DNA of 64,000 nt from an uncultured bacterium (GCA_964535735.1 CAZHTM010000001.1:89369-153368), one strand, 5' to 3'. Shown: positions 43,376-54,000, counted from the first letter of the stretch. The notes: generated by a model from the letters alone, not told the origin. Made by a program: numbers and translations.

Positions 43376-43777
43376 ATGTCAAAACTTTGGGAAGATCTGA
43401 AAAAAAATATGAAAGAATGGAGCAATGTTGCCGTTGAGAAGGCTGAGGAAGTCAGTAAAATGGCCGTTGCTAAAACTGAAGAATTAACCAAAATCAGTAA
43501 AATAAAAATTGAGGTCCATCAGCTCCAGAAGGATTTGGATTCGTCTTATAGTCAATTGGGACACTGGATTGAATCCCAGTATGAGTCCAATAAAAAACTG
43601 ACGTTGTTTAAAGACAACCAATTTCAGAGTTTAATGGAGGCTATTCAAGAGAAGAAATCCGCGATAGCTGTAAAGGAAACTGAAATTCAAAAAATCAGGG
43701 AAGAAGCGGGGAATATAGAAGAATCGCTTGAGGAAGAACCAGCTCCAGAAAAAGAAACTGGAGACGAGGAAAAGTAG
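43376..43777 (+). CDS. hypothetical coiled-coil protein with acidic tail
   Basis: 133-aa ORF, heptad-like and K/E-rich. No enzymatic motif. Confidence 0.45.
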   Translation: MSKLWEDLKKNMKEWSNVAVEKAEEVSKMAVAKTEELTKISKIKIEVHQLQKDLDSSYSQLGHWIESQYESNKKLTLFKDNQFQSLMEAIQEKKSAIAVKETEIQKIREEAGNIEESLEEEPAPEKETGDEEK

Positions 43778-43849
43778 AAAGTGACGTACGAATTTCAGTT
43801 GTAAATCCAATGGTAATCGATTAATATTACTCCTAATTTTGTAGGAATC

Positions 43850-44779
43850 ATGAGGGCCCCAAACCACCAATACACGTACATCTTTCAGGCGGAGTCTGAC
43901 CAAAAAGTACGGCAGTACCATTTTACTTTGGGAAAAGTATTTGGTGCATTATCGGTGGGATTCGTTTTATTGGGAGCAGCGCTTTTTTTCAGTGCTGATT
44001 TTCTAACGGATGTCATTTATAAAACCCGTCTGGTGGATATTGAGTATAAGTACCGTTCTTTATCAAACACCTTAACAGAATTGCAATCTCAATTAAGTGT
44101 TTTGGATTCTCAGATCGGCGACATCGAAGAACGGGATAAAGCGGTACGTATGTATGCGGACTTGCCGGGAATTGACCAGGATATACGCAATTTGGGTATT
44201 GGGGGCGTCAAATTGGAACAGCCTTCGGGATTGGACGGCCCGGCGCCGGATCTGGAAGCAAAAATTTCAGAATTAGAACTCAACGTAAATCAGTTAAGTC
44301 GTAAGGTAAAACTGGAATTGGCCAGTTATCGTACCATCTACGATAAGGTAAAAACGAATACAGAGTTAATTAAACAAATTCCCAGTATTCGTCCTGTTTA
44401 TGGAGGATATTTGAATTCTCCATTCGGTTACCGAATTGATCCATTTGATGGTGAACGACGGTTCCATTATGGGCAGGATTTTTCCGTACCCAATGGAACA
44501 CCGGTATATGCAACGGCTGATGGCGTTGTTCAACAGGCACGGTATCGAGGTGGATTCGGGAAGACCGTGAAGTTGAATAACGGAAACGGTTACTCCACAA
44601 TTTATGCTCATCTTTCTAAAATTACCGTCAAATACGGTCAAAAAGTAAAACGTGGTGAGATTATCGGTTATTCCGGTAATACGGGACGATCCACTGGTCC
44701 CCATGTCCATTACGAAGTCCATTATTACGGCACCCCTCAAAATCCCCTGGATTATTTTTTCAGCGGCTATCTTAAATAA
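43850..44779 (+). CDS. M23 family (LytM-type) metallopeptidase with N-terminal TM and coiled coil
   Basis: HYGQDF....GTPVYATADGVV...YAHLSKI.V..GQ.VKRGE.IGYSGNTGRSTGPHVHYEV. Confidence 0.85.
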   Translation: MRAPNHQYTYIFQAESDQKVRQYHFTLGKVFGALSVGFVLLGAALFFSADFLTDVIYKTRLVDIEYKYRSLSNTLTELQSQLSVLDSQIGDIEERDKAVRMYADLPGIDQDIRNLGIGGVKLEQPSGLDGPAPDLEAKISELELNVNQLSRKVKLELASYRTIYDKVKTNTELIKQIPSIRPVYGGYLNSPFGYRIDPFDGERRFHYGQDFSVPNGTPVYATADGVVQQARYRGGFGKTVKLNNGNGYSTIYAHLSKITVKYGQKVKRGEIIGYSGNTGRSTGPHVHYEVHYYGTPQNPLDYFFSGYLK

Positions 44780-44796
44780 CGCCGCTCTCTAATATC

Positions 44797-46098
44797 ATGC
44801 ATAAATCATTCTTCATAGAAACCTATGGATGTCAGATGAATGTCGCCGATTCGGAACTGGTGACGGGATTATTAAAATCTCAGGGATATGTTCCGGCGGA
44901 TACTATGGAATCGGCAGACGCAATCTTTGTCAATACCTGTGCTATTCGTGAACACGCGGAAGAAAAAGTACATTCCCGGTTGGGCATTTTTCAAAAAATC
45001 AAACGCGATCGTCCGGAAGTTTTGATCGGCGTATTGGGATGCATGGCCCAAAACCTGAAAAATGATTTGTTAGAAAATAAACCGTATGTGGATATCATTT
45101 TAGGGCCCGATTCCTATCGAAAATTGCCAGAGATTTTAGCGCGTCAGGAAGAGACAAAGCACATCGTGGATACAAAACTATCCCGGTTTGAAGTCTACGA
45201 TGATTTATTTCCCAGCCGACAAGAGGGCATTAATGCCTGGATTTCAATTATGCGCGGCTGCGACAAATTCTGTACATTTTGTATCGTGCCTTTTACTCGG
45301 GGAAGAGAACGTTCTCGTCAGCTAGACAGTATTGTTGCGGAGGCTAAACGGGCAGTGGATGAAGGATTTGTAGAAGTGACGCTCTTGGGCCAAAATGTGA
45401 ATTCGTACCGAATAGGAGATAAAACATTCCCTGACCTACTGGAAGCGGTTGCTCAAATTCCCGGCTTACGTCGTGTTCGGTACACGTCCCCCCATCCTCA
45501 GGATATTACCACGGATTTGATTCAGGTTATGGGGCGTTATGATACTATCTGTAAATCTATTCATTTTCCACTACAATCCGGATCGAATCGAATTTTAAAA
45601 CGGATGAACCGGTCATATACCCGTGAACATTTCCTCAAAATTGCAGAACAACTTCGTACGGAATTACCCGGGATTGGGATTTCAACCGATATTATTGTGG
45701 GATTTCCTGGAGAAACGGAAACGGATTTTGAGGACACGTTAAAGGTTATGGAAACGGTCAAATTTGATTCGGCATTTACCTTTAAATATTCGCCCCGTCC
45801 CTACACCAAAGCAGCAGAATACGATGATCAGGTCCCTGAGGAGGTGAAGTCGGAACGTCTTGAGCGATTAATCACCCTTCAAAAACAACATACGTTGGAG
45901 CAAAATCAAAAATTAGTGGGATCGGTCGAAACTGTATTAGTGGAAAAAGAGAGTAAAAAATCCCCGAAACAATGGGCCGGTCGAACCGATTCCAACAAAT
46001 GGGTCATTTTTGATAAAGGGGATGCTCAGGTGCGTGATCTTGTGGATGTGGAAATTACCGCTGCTACTGGAGTCACCCTTCATGGGCGGTTATATTAA
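44797..46098 (+). CDS. miaB: tRNA-2-methylthio-N6-dimethylallyladenosine synthase
   Basis: UPF0004 N-terminus FIETYGCQMNVADSE, radical-SAM motif GCDKFCTFCIVP, C-terminal TRAM domain. Confidence 0.9.
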   Translation: MHKSFFIETYGCQMNVADSELVTGLLKSQGYVPADTMESADAIFVNTCAIREHAEEKVHSRLGIFQKIKRDRPEVLIGVLGCMAQNLKNDLLENKPYVDIILGPDSYRKLPEILARQEETKHIVDTKLSRFEVYDDLFPSRQEGINAWISIMRGCDKFCTFCIVPFTRGRERSRQLDSIVAEAKRAVDEGFVEVTLLGQNVNSYRIGDKTFPDLLEAVAQIPGLRRVRYTSPHPQDITTDLIQVMGRYDTICKSIHFPLQSGSNRILKRMNRSYTREHFLKIAEQLRTELPGIGISTDIIVGFPGETETDFEDTLKVMETVKFDSAFTFKYSPRPYTKAAEYDDQVPEEVKSERLERLITLQKQHTLEQNQKLVGSVETVLVEKESKKSPKQWAGRTDSNKWVIFDKGDAQVRDLVDVEITAATGVTLHGRLY

Positions 46099-46110
46099 CT
46101 CGAGGTATGT

Positions 46111-46425
46111 ATGCGATTAGTTAAAATCTTCGCTCTATTGGCAATATTTGTTTTGTTATTGGTATTCTTTCTGAAAAATAATCAAATGGTGGCCATTGAC
46201 TTGGTCTTTCGAAAATACGACCAATTATCCGTATCATTTGTTATGCTGGGGGCTATGACACTGGGTGTTATTATTGGCTATGGTGTTGCCCTTGTAACCA
46301 TCTGGACCCTGAGAGCAGAGAACCGGGCAATGCGGAAAAAGATTAAACAACTTTCCGATGAATTGAATGACTTACGTAATGTCGCCATTGCCGATGATTT
46401 AACCGAATCCACTAAAGGGGAATAA
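46111..46425 (+). CDS. LapA-like (DUF1049) inner-membrane protein
   Basis: 104 aa with two TM helices, then a basic/coiled tail (RAENRAMRKKIKQLSDELNDLRN), as in LapA/YciS. Confidence 0.65.
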   Translation: MRLVKIFALLAIFVLLLVFFLKNNQMVAIDLVFRKYDQLSVSFVMLGAMTLGVIIGYGVALVTIWTLRAENRAMRKKIKQLSDELNDLRNVAIADDLTESTKGE

Positions 46426-46428
46426 CGG

Positions 46429-47478
46429 TTGGAAATCTTCCTGTTCTTTATTGTATTGGCTGCCGTGGTAGCCGGTGCGGTATTCTGGTTTGCCCGCCGA
46501 TCAGAGAAAAATCGCTACCGTCCATCATTGTATACAGACGCCCTTACGGCCATCATCAGGGGGGATAGGGCGACAGCTCTGCGGAACTTACGGGAAACAG
46601 TAAAAAAGAATTCAGAGCACATTGATGCATACCTGCATCTTGGCAACCTGTATCGGGAAGAGAATCCCCAACAGGCGATTAAAATCCATCAGTCGCTTAC
46701 CGTAAGGCCGAATTTATCCAAGCCAGTCCAGATTCTTATCCACCAGGAGCTGGCCCGGGATTATCTGGCAATAGAGGACTTGTCCCGAGCGCAGCGGGAA
46801 GCGGAAGCGGTCTTGCGTCTGGAAAAGCGGAACCTTTGGGCCACCAAATTTTTAGTAGATTTATTTGTTAAAATGCGAAACTGGGGTGAAGCGGTCAAAT
46901 TCACCAAATTGTATCAACGAATCACCAATCAATCCAATCCCAGAACCATCGCTGAATATGAATGTCTGGAAGGACGCGATTTATTAAAAAAGGATCGCTT
47001 GGAGGACGCGCGATCCGCTTTCATCCGGGCTTTAAAAACGGATAAATCTTATGTACTGCCTCATTATTATATTGGCTTGACATATGAACGAGGTGACAAC
47101 CTGGTCAAAGCTGTGGAAAGTTGGGAGAAATTTGCGTCGGGTGATCTGGTGTCGGGAGTCTGTGTATATCCTCAGATTGAATCGGCATTATTTGATTTGG
47201 GACGGTTTAGCGAAATTGAGCGGTTTTATCGTCATATATTAGAGCAGGACCCGGGGAATTTGGAAGCTCTGGTCAATTTGGCAAATGTCTTGGATGAAAA
47301 AGGAAATCGTAAGGAAGCCTTGCAATTGGTCGACGAAGCTCTCAGTCGAAATGCTGGCGATGTGCATGCCCGGCTATTGAAGATGAAGTTGACCGTTCAA
47401 AATGGATCTCCTTCGGAATTGGCCCGGGAATTGGATAAAATTATAGAGGATTTACCTAAACAACAGCTACCGTTATGA
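46429..47478 (+). CDS. LapB/YciM-like membrane-anchored TPR protein (no C-terminal rubredoxin motif)
   Basis: TTG start 4 nt after the lapA-like stop. N-terminal TM MEIFLFFIVLAAVVAGAVFWF followed by TPR repeats. No CxxC pairs at the C-terminus. Confidence 0.55.
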   Translation: MEIFLFFIVLAAVVAGAVFWFARRSEKNRYRPSLYTDALTAIIRGDRATALRNLRETVKKNSEHIDAYLHLGNLYREENPQQAIKIHQSLTVRPNLSKPVQILIHQELARDYLAIEDLSRAQREAEAVLRLEKRNLWATKFLVDLFVKMRNWGEAVKFTKLYQRITNQSNPRTIAEYECLEGRDLLKKDRLEDARSAFIRALKTDKSYVLPHYYIGLTYERGDNLVKAVESWEKFASGDLVSGVCVYPQIESALFDLGRFSEIERFYRHILEQDPGNLEALVNLANVLDEKGNRKEALQLVDEALSRNAGDVHARLLKMKLTVQNGSPSELARELDKIIEDLPKQQLPL

Positions 47479-48323
47479 AATCGCTGGTCCGTTGCTTCCT
47501 GTTATCGGTTTTTATTATACAGACGATTCCAGCACAAAACATTGATATGTATTTATCCCTTTTGGAAGAAGGGAAAGTGGACCAGGCCTTGAATGATTTA
47601 CCTCTGCTGGAAGTGCGTTATCCCAAGGATCCTGGAGTATTGTATCTCAAAGCAGTGTTGGCTCCGGATGGTGAAGTAGCGTTGAAATTATATAAAGCGC
47701 TTATTAAAACCTTTCCGACATCAGAGTATGCGGATGATGCCATGCTCCGAATTGGTGAATATTTATATTCCCGGGGTTTGTACAGTCAAGCCAGTGTTCA
47801 ATTTCGATCAATCCCCTTGAAATACCCAAAGTCGGAGACGATTCAGCAGGCCGTAGATTTAATGGTGAAAAGTTATTTTGCTACCGGAGAGGTGGATAGT
47901 GCCAGAGCGTATGTACGATTATTTAAGAAAACCTATCCCGGTCTGGATGTGAGTTCCTTGGGGCTTTCCAATCTTGAAACAGCTCCTGATATTGCCCTGG
48001 TGAAAGTGGATCCGAAAGAAGCCAAGAAACGTATTCAGAAAGTAACCAAACAAGAATCCACACCCGCTATGCAGGATCGACCGTGGGTCGTACAGGTAGG
48101 CGCTTTTAGTCAGTGGAAGAATGCATCGAGTCTTAAGACGACACTTCAAAATAAAGGATATCAGGTTGAAGTCAATCAGGTTTTGAGTCAGGGAAGACGA
48201 TTGCATATTGTCCGCGTAGTGCGATATGCTACGAAAGCTGAAGCTGAGCAAATCGGGAAAAAATTGCAAAAGACATTAGGATTGGATTACCGTATTCTTA
48301 AAAGACCGGAATCTCCGTCCTAA
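47475..48323 (+). CDS. TPR + SPOR domain protein (peptidoglycan-binding)
   Basis: Signal peptide and YbgF-like TPR text. C-terminal SPOR motif WVVQVGAFSQWKNASSLKTTLQNKGY...VRVVRYATKAEAEQIGKKL. Confidence 0.75.
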   Translation: MKSLVRCFLLSVFIIQTIPAQNIDMYLSLLEEGKVDQALNDLPLLEVRYPKDPGVLYLKAVLAPDGEVALKLYKALIKTFPTSEYADDAMLRIGEYLYSRGLYSQASVQFRSIPLKYPKSETIQQAVDLMVKSYFATGEVDSARAYVRLFKKTYPGLDVSSLGLSNLETAPDIALVKVDPKEAKKRIQKVTKQESTPAMQDRPWVVQVGAFSQWKNASSLKTTLQNKGYQVEVNQVLSQGRRLHIVRVVRYATKAEAEQIGKKLQKTLGLDYRILKRPESPS

Positions 48324-48329
48324 ACCATT

Positions 48330-48422
48330 GGGAATGAGTGTGAGGCTGGTGCCCGCCGCGGTCTTCAAAACCGTTGTCCCCAGCAATCCTGGGGAGCTGG
48401 GTTCGATTCCCAGGCGTTCCCG
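48330..48422 (+). tRNA. selC: tRNA-Sec (anticodon UCA)
   Basis: Hand fold, element by element. Acceptor stem 48330-48337 / 48414-48421 (7 bp plus a basal A-G). D stem of 6 bp with one bulged A, and a UGGU loop (48340-48356). Anticodon stem GCGGU/ACCGU with loop CUUCAAA (TCA at 48365-48367). Variable arm of 7 bp, UCCCCAG/CUGGGGA. T arm CUGGG-UUCGAUU-CCCAG. Discriminator G. CCA is not encoded. Confidence 0.7.
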
Positions 48423-48615
48423 CAGATCGTGTAAATTGCACGGAATTTATTATTTCATGTATGGATAGGAACGTTATCAGGTGATTCCCAGCCTGTCCTT
48501 CAAAGCCTCGAAAGGCGTAGAAGGAGCGTTCCCGCAAAAACAATCGTCCCTGGTGTGTTGCCTAAATATGTTTTTGTAAAGGACTTCACGCGAAGGCATA
48601 TCGCGTGATGATCGT

Positions 48616-49251
48616 TTAATCAATTAATCTGTTTTTAACAGCGTATAATATTAATTCGGCATTATTTCTCAACTTTAATTTGGAGAGAATATGCGCCCGA
48701 TAAGTGCTAATGGTTTTCACGCTTAGTGATAATTGCCGGGCGATATCGGACACCGTTTTTCCTGCGCCGATTAAACGTAATACTTGAAATTCCCGATCGG
48801 ACAGAGACTGATAAGAAGAATCATTTCCTACATTTTGAACTTCTTCCGCCAGTAATCCCGCTACGGAAGGACTGATATAATTCTGTCCAGATGCAATTCG
48901 ACTTAGAGCCTCAATGAGATTTTCCTGCGCGCTATCTTTGGATAAATAGCCTGAGGCTCCAGCACGAATTACACGTACCGCAAATTGATCTTCTTCATAC
49001 ATGCTTAAAACCAATATAGGAAGGTCCCGGTTTATCGTTTTGATGACCTTGATTAAATCCAGTCCACTTCGCCCGGGAAGATTTATATCCAGGATGATCA
49101 AATCCCACGATTGAACTGTCAACAACGATAAGGCTTCTTCCGCAGATTTAGCTTCTCCGAATTGAACCTGGCCTATTTGATCTTCAATAATATGTCGTAG
49201 ACCCTGTCGGAATAAAGCGTGATCATCTACGATAAGAATTTGTTTTAACAT
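48616..49251 (-). CDS. NarL/FixJ (LuxR-HTH) family response regulator
   Basis: REC domain (ILIVDDH...ILDINLPGRSGLD...) plus C-terminal LuxR HTH LSDREFQVLRLIGAGKTVSDIARQLSLSVKTISTYR. Confidence 0.9.
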   Translation of the reverse strand: MLKQILIVDDHALFRQGLRHIIEDQIGQVQFGEAKSAEEALSLLTVQSWDLIILDINLPGRSGLDLIKVIKTINRDLPILVLSMYEEDQFAVRVIRAGASGYLSKDSAQENLIEALSRIASGQNYISPSVAGLLAEEVQNVGNDSSYQSLSDREFQVLRLIGAGKTVSDIARQLSLSVKTISTYRAHILSKLKLRNNAELILYAVKNRLID

Positions 49252-49259
49252 GGTTAAGG

Positions 49260-50678
49260 TTATGCAGAACCATTGGTTGGAATGATCACCGAAATCGTTG
49301 TTCCTTTTTCTGGTGATCCGGAAATGAGCAGTCTCCCACCAGCGATTTTAGCGCGTTCATTCATGCCTAAAATTCCCAATGAATAGGATTTCTCCAATTG
49401 GGCTTCTTCAAATCCAATCCCGTTATCGTTAACAGAGAGGATGACGCCCGACTTATTTCGCGTAAGTTTTACTTTTATTTTCGTCGCATTGGCATGTCGG
49501 GAAATGTTAGTCAGTGTTTCCTGAAAAATGCGAAATAGCGATGTTTCCACATCTTTAGGAAGGCCAGTGCTTCCAGATTGAATTTGTGCATCACAATGAA
49601 TATGTGTGTGTCGGGAAAATTCTTCAAGTTGCCATTCAAGAGCGGCGCCTAAACCCAAATGATCCAATACCGCAGGTCGCAATTCCGTGATAATTCGCTT
49701 GATGGACGATATGGAATTATTTATTAATTCTACAGTGTGAGTCAGTGGTTCCACCACATTCGATACATTTGCTTCAGAGGCTTGTTTGATGATCGTCATG
49801 AGGTCAATTTTCACAACCGTCAATATGTGTCCCAATTCATCATGCAAGTCTCGTGCAATGCGCGTTCGTTCTTCTTCGCGTATAATTTGCAATTTTGCTG
49901 CCAAAGCTCGTAGCTGGTTGCTGGTGTTATCAATTTTTTCCTGCGTTAGCTTCTGGCTGGTCATATCCCGCACGATTAACAACGCATTTTGAGCTCCGGA
50001 ATCGATAATACGGATTTCCCAATATTTGTTTTTCCCTTTAACGGGAAGCCAAAATTGATAGGTGTCGGGTCGATGATTGATTAATACTGAATTGATTTTG
50101 GTTAGCAATTTTTCGGCAATATCCTTTGGTAACAATTCTGAAATACTTTTCCCGATAAACGGTTCGAATTGATGATCTTCACTGTCGGAATGACCGAAAA
50201 ATTTCAAGATGACGCCGTTGGGTTCAATTTGGATAATAATATCCGGAAGGGAATTGAGAATGGTGGAAACCCGTGCTTCGCTCTTTTGAAGCTTTAATGC
50301 CATTTTATGCTTATAAAGCGCCATTTCAATCGCAATCCTTAATTCGGTATCACCAAAAGGTTTCAGGATATACCCATAAGGTTCGGTGATCTTGGCGCGG
50401 GTAATGGTTTCGTTGTCCGTTGAGGCTGTGAGATAAACTACAGGAAGGGAATAACGTTGTTGAATCTTTTGGGCCGTATCTATACCATCCATCTTGCCTT
50501 CCAACTGAATATCAATCAACACTAGATCCGGTTGGGTTTTCGCAATCGCGGTTAAAGCTATCTGACCTTCTGAAGCTGAACCAGCGACCATCATATTTAA
50601 CGAGTTTAACCGGTATTCCAGGTTCTTGACGGTACTAGGGTCATCCTCGACGATGAATATTTTTAAGGCCTGCTTCAT
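49260..50678 (-). CDS. cytoplasmic hybrid sensor kinase: REC-PAS-HisKA_3-HATPase
   Basis: N-terminal REC (IFIVEDD...LIDIQLEG.MDGI). H-box ARDLHDELGHIL (HisKA_3 type). N/G boxes NISRHANA...DNGIGF...GILGMNERA. No TM segments. Confidence 0.85.
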   Translation of the reverse strand: MKQALKIFIVEDDPSTVKNLEYRLNSLNMMVAGSASEGQIALTAIAKTQPDLVLIDIQLEGKMDGIDTAQKIQQRYSLPVVYLTASTDNETITRAKITEPYGYILKPFGDTELRIAIEMALYKHKMALKLQKSEARVSTILNSLPDIIIQIEPNGVILKFFGHSDSEDHQFEPFIGKSISELLPKDIAEKLLTKINSVLINHRPDTYQFWLPVKGKNKYWEIRIIDSGAQNALLIVRDMTSQKLTQEKIDNTSNQLRALAAKLQIIREEERTRIARDLHDELGHILTVVKIDLMTIIKQASEANVSNVVEPLTHTVELINNSISSIKRIITELRPAVLDHLGLGAALEWQLEEFSRHTHIHCDAQIQSGSTGLPKDVETSLFRIFQETLTNISRHANATKIKVKLTRNKSGVILSVNDNGIGFEEAQLEKSYSLGILGMNERAKIAGGRLLISGSPEKGTTISVIIPTNGSA

Positions 50679-51083
50679 CAGGATGGTATGGAGTATCTGT
50701 AAATCTATCTGAGAGTACGTTGTAAAAATGTAGGCAGATTTTTAAATATAAACCAAGGAATTCGCCAAATATTAAAACCAATTTCTTTCGGGAATCAAGT
50801 TTTTTGAAATACTATGCATGTATGTGGAAAATGAAATTTATTTATTCTTTAATTGTTATGCGGCGGATATGGAAGAGGTGTGATAACCGTTGCGGAAAGT
50901 TCGAAATCCGAAGCATCCAAATACAAGAAACACATATCCAGAAGTCTTAGCGGGTATAGGACAAACACTGATAGTCATCCGAGCTAAAAACGGAAATGGT
51001 TTTTAGAACGGCGCTTATTTATCATGATAAACAATCACGTGTAGTTTTGACTGAAAATTCATGGAATAACATTAATAATACCG

Positions 51084-54000
51084 ATGAAACCGATCCGGAT
51101 ACTGATTGCAGACGATTCTGAACTTATTCATGACCGACTGAAAAACAGTCTGTCTGAAATTGAAAGTGTCAGTTCCATTGACCAAGCGTACACGACAACT
51201 GAAACATTGGAGAAAATTCATGAAACGCCTCCGGATGTAGTCATACTTGACATTTCAATGCCATCCACGTCGGGGCTTGAAGTGCTCAATGAAATCAAGC
51301 GGGATTATCCCGAAATCAAAGTCATTATTTTTACTAATTATCCAATAGATCAATTCAAAAAAACAGCTAACCAATACGATGCAGATTATTTTTTTGATAA
51401 AGATGAAGGCTTTATCAAAATACCCGAATTATTAAAAAGGTTCACTATGGAAAACGAATTTATCAATCATTTAATCGAGTATGTGTCTGAATCCATTGTC
51501 ATTACCAATCCTTCAGATTTACAGGCAATGGGTACTATTTTGGATAAAATTGAAGAAATAACCAACTGGGCCAAAGACAATTCCGAACCGCTTCTGGAAG
51601 AAGCCAGTGTCAAGATGAGTCAGTTGGTAAAGGACATCATTTTAGAAGACGTTTCCGATATTGAAGCAACCATGGAAATCATCGGGGAAACGTTATCTGC
51701 GTTTCAACAGGTTGTTCGGGATAACAAAAGCCCGCAAGACGTGAAATTTCCAGAGGGGTTAGGTCTAGCTACTGGAAAATCCCCTGTTGAATCTGAATCA
51801 GGACAGATCGTAACCGAAGGACTATACCATCCACACGGATTACCAGATCACATCGATCCGGAAGTATTTGCTGATTTCCTGGCAAACCAGGATTCTGTGC
51901 TAGATGACATTGAAGGCTGCATCCTTGCGCTGGAACAACCGGATGGCGAAGAAAAAATAGATGATCTTAAACGAATTCTCCACACCTTAAAAGGAGAGGC
52001 GGGATTAATCGGGTTGCTCGATGTTGAGAAACTCTGTCACCAAACAGAAGATTTTATCGATGCAAGCAACGGGGGAAAGTTGGTTGATCCGTTGTTGGCC
52101 GTAAAAGATTGGCTGCGAAGCGCGTTTGATCGATATCTGTGTAAAACCGACACCCTTTCTCCAGTTCAAACGGTACTGGATATCTTAACAACCTCTGAAA
52201 TACCAGCGACTGAATCGGAACCGGTAAACCCCGAGACTGATGCCGTGTCCAACGAGCCTGAATCCGCCTCAATCGAAGAAGAATCAAGATCAATCCCGGA
52301 CTCCAGTGCCGAATCAAAGCCGGAAACGCAACCCGGCTCGGAGCCATTCACTGGTGATGTGGATCTGGTCACGGATTTTATTTCAGAAGCCAATGAACAT
52401 CTTGAAGAAGCTGACTCCTTGTTGCTGTCTTTAGAGAATGACCCAAGTGAGAGTTCTGCCCTGGATGGTATTTTCCGGGCGTTTCATACCCTCAAAGGAG
52501 TAGCCGGTTTCCTGGATTTGAAAGAAATCGGTGAACTGGCTCATGAAGCGGAAAATTTACTGGATCAGGCCCGCAAAGGTGCGTTGAGTCTAACGGGTCC
52601 GGCCATGGATATCACGTTTGAATCCGTGGATACTTTAAAACGGATGATTCACGCACTGGAGACGGCCGTATCTGCAGGATTTGCTCCTGGACCAGAACCG
52701 GGATTAGACAATTTAATCAAACGGTTGAGCGCTATCCGTGAGGGTCAGGAGCCCCCAGCGGTAGAGAATAAACCCGCTCCGGAGGCTGAAAAACCGGCAG
52801 AGAAAAAAGAAAAACAGACCACGAAACCATCAAAATTGCCGGAACAATCTTTATCTAAAAATCCGTCAACCAGTGGTAAACGGAAAAAGGTTGTTAAAAT
52901 AAAAGAGACCCTAAAAGTGGATGCCCAGCGGTTGGATTTATTGATCGATACTATTGGCGAGTTAGTCATCGCAGAATCGATGATCAGTCAATCCAAAGAG
53001 TTGAAATCCAACGCATCCCCGGAGTTGATCAAGCATATTAACCAATTGGATAAAATTACTCGTGAACTTCAGAATTTAGGCACGTCCTTACGCATGGTCA
53101 CGGTTCGCCAGACATTCCAAAAAATGGCCCGACTTGTACGGGATTTGTCTAAAAAATCCGGAAAACAAGTGGATTTTGTCATGACCGGAGAAGACACGGA
53201 AGTGGATAAAACGGTCGTGGATAAAATTGGAGATCCGTTGGTTCATATGATTCGGAATGCGGTAGACCATGGAATCGAGGACAATGAACAGGATCGTTTG
53301 GCTGCCGGTAAACCTGCGAAAGGCAGAATTGAATTACGGGCTTTTCATAAGGGCGGAAATATTTATATCGAAGTGGAAGATGACGGACAGGGATTGAACA
53401 CAGACGTCATATTAGCGAAGGCCAAAGAACGTGGATTAGTTAAAGAAGGCGAAGTCTTATCTGAACGGGAAATCTGGAACCTGGTTTTGGAACCTGGTTT
53501 CTCAACGGCCAAAAAGGTTACTGAAATTTCCGGTCGGGGTGTCGGAATGGATGTCGTTAAACGGAATATCGAAGAATTACGTGGTAAGGTTGAAATCAGC
53601 TCAATCCCGGGAAAAGGAAGCGTCTTTACCATAAGATTGCCGTTAACATTAGCCATTATTGAAGGAATGGTTGTTCGCGTGGGAACGGATAAATATATCA
53701 TTCCCACCTTGTCCGTGAATGAGTCTTTGAGACCCGAACCCGAAGCCGTGTCTACCGTCATGGGGCAAGGTGAAATCCTTTCGTTCCATGATGAATTGGT
53801 GCCCATCATTCGACTGGATGGACTTTTTGGGATTAATGGGGCTGAACAGGACCCCTCAAAAGCGATTCTAGTGGTATTCGAGGCTGAGGGGCAGAAAGCA
53901 GCACTGATGGTGGACGAATTGCTGGGTCAACAACAAGTCGTGATTAAATCACTTGGTGAGACCATGCAAGACATACCAGGATTGTCAGGATGCACCATCA

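Noticed and set aside
48455-48536. A second tRNA-like gene downstream of tRNA-Sec. GGAACGT (48455-48461) can pair with GCGTTCC (48526-48532), and CTTCAAA lies in between.
   Set aside because: The span is only about 79 nt (a 65-nt interior between the two 7-nt arms). It has no T-loop (GTTCRA), no D-arm and no stem flanking the CTTCAAA; only a GCCT-cgaa-AGGC mini-hairpin. I treat it as a scar or partial duplication (see the finding above), not a gene.
48298-48543. 81-aa minus-strand ORF covering the tRNA-Sec region.
   Set aside because: It is antisense to a well-folding tRNA and to the repeat scar. Its composition is Arg/Gly/Pro-rich, typical of reading through structured GC-rich RNA genes.
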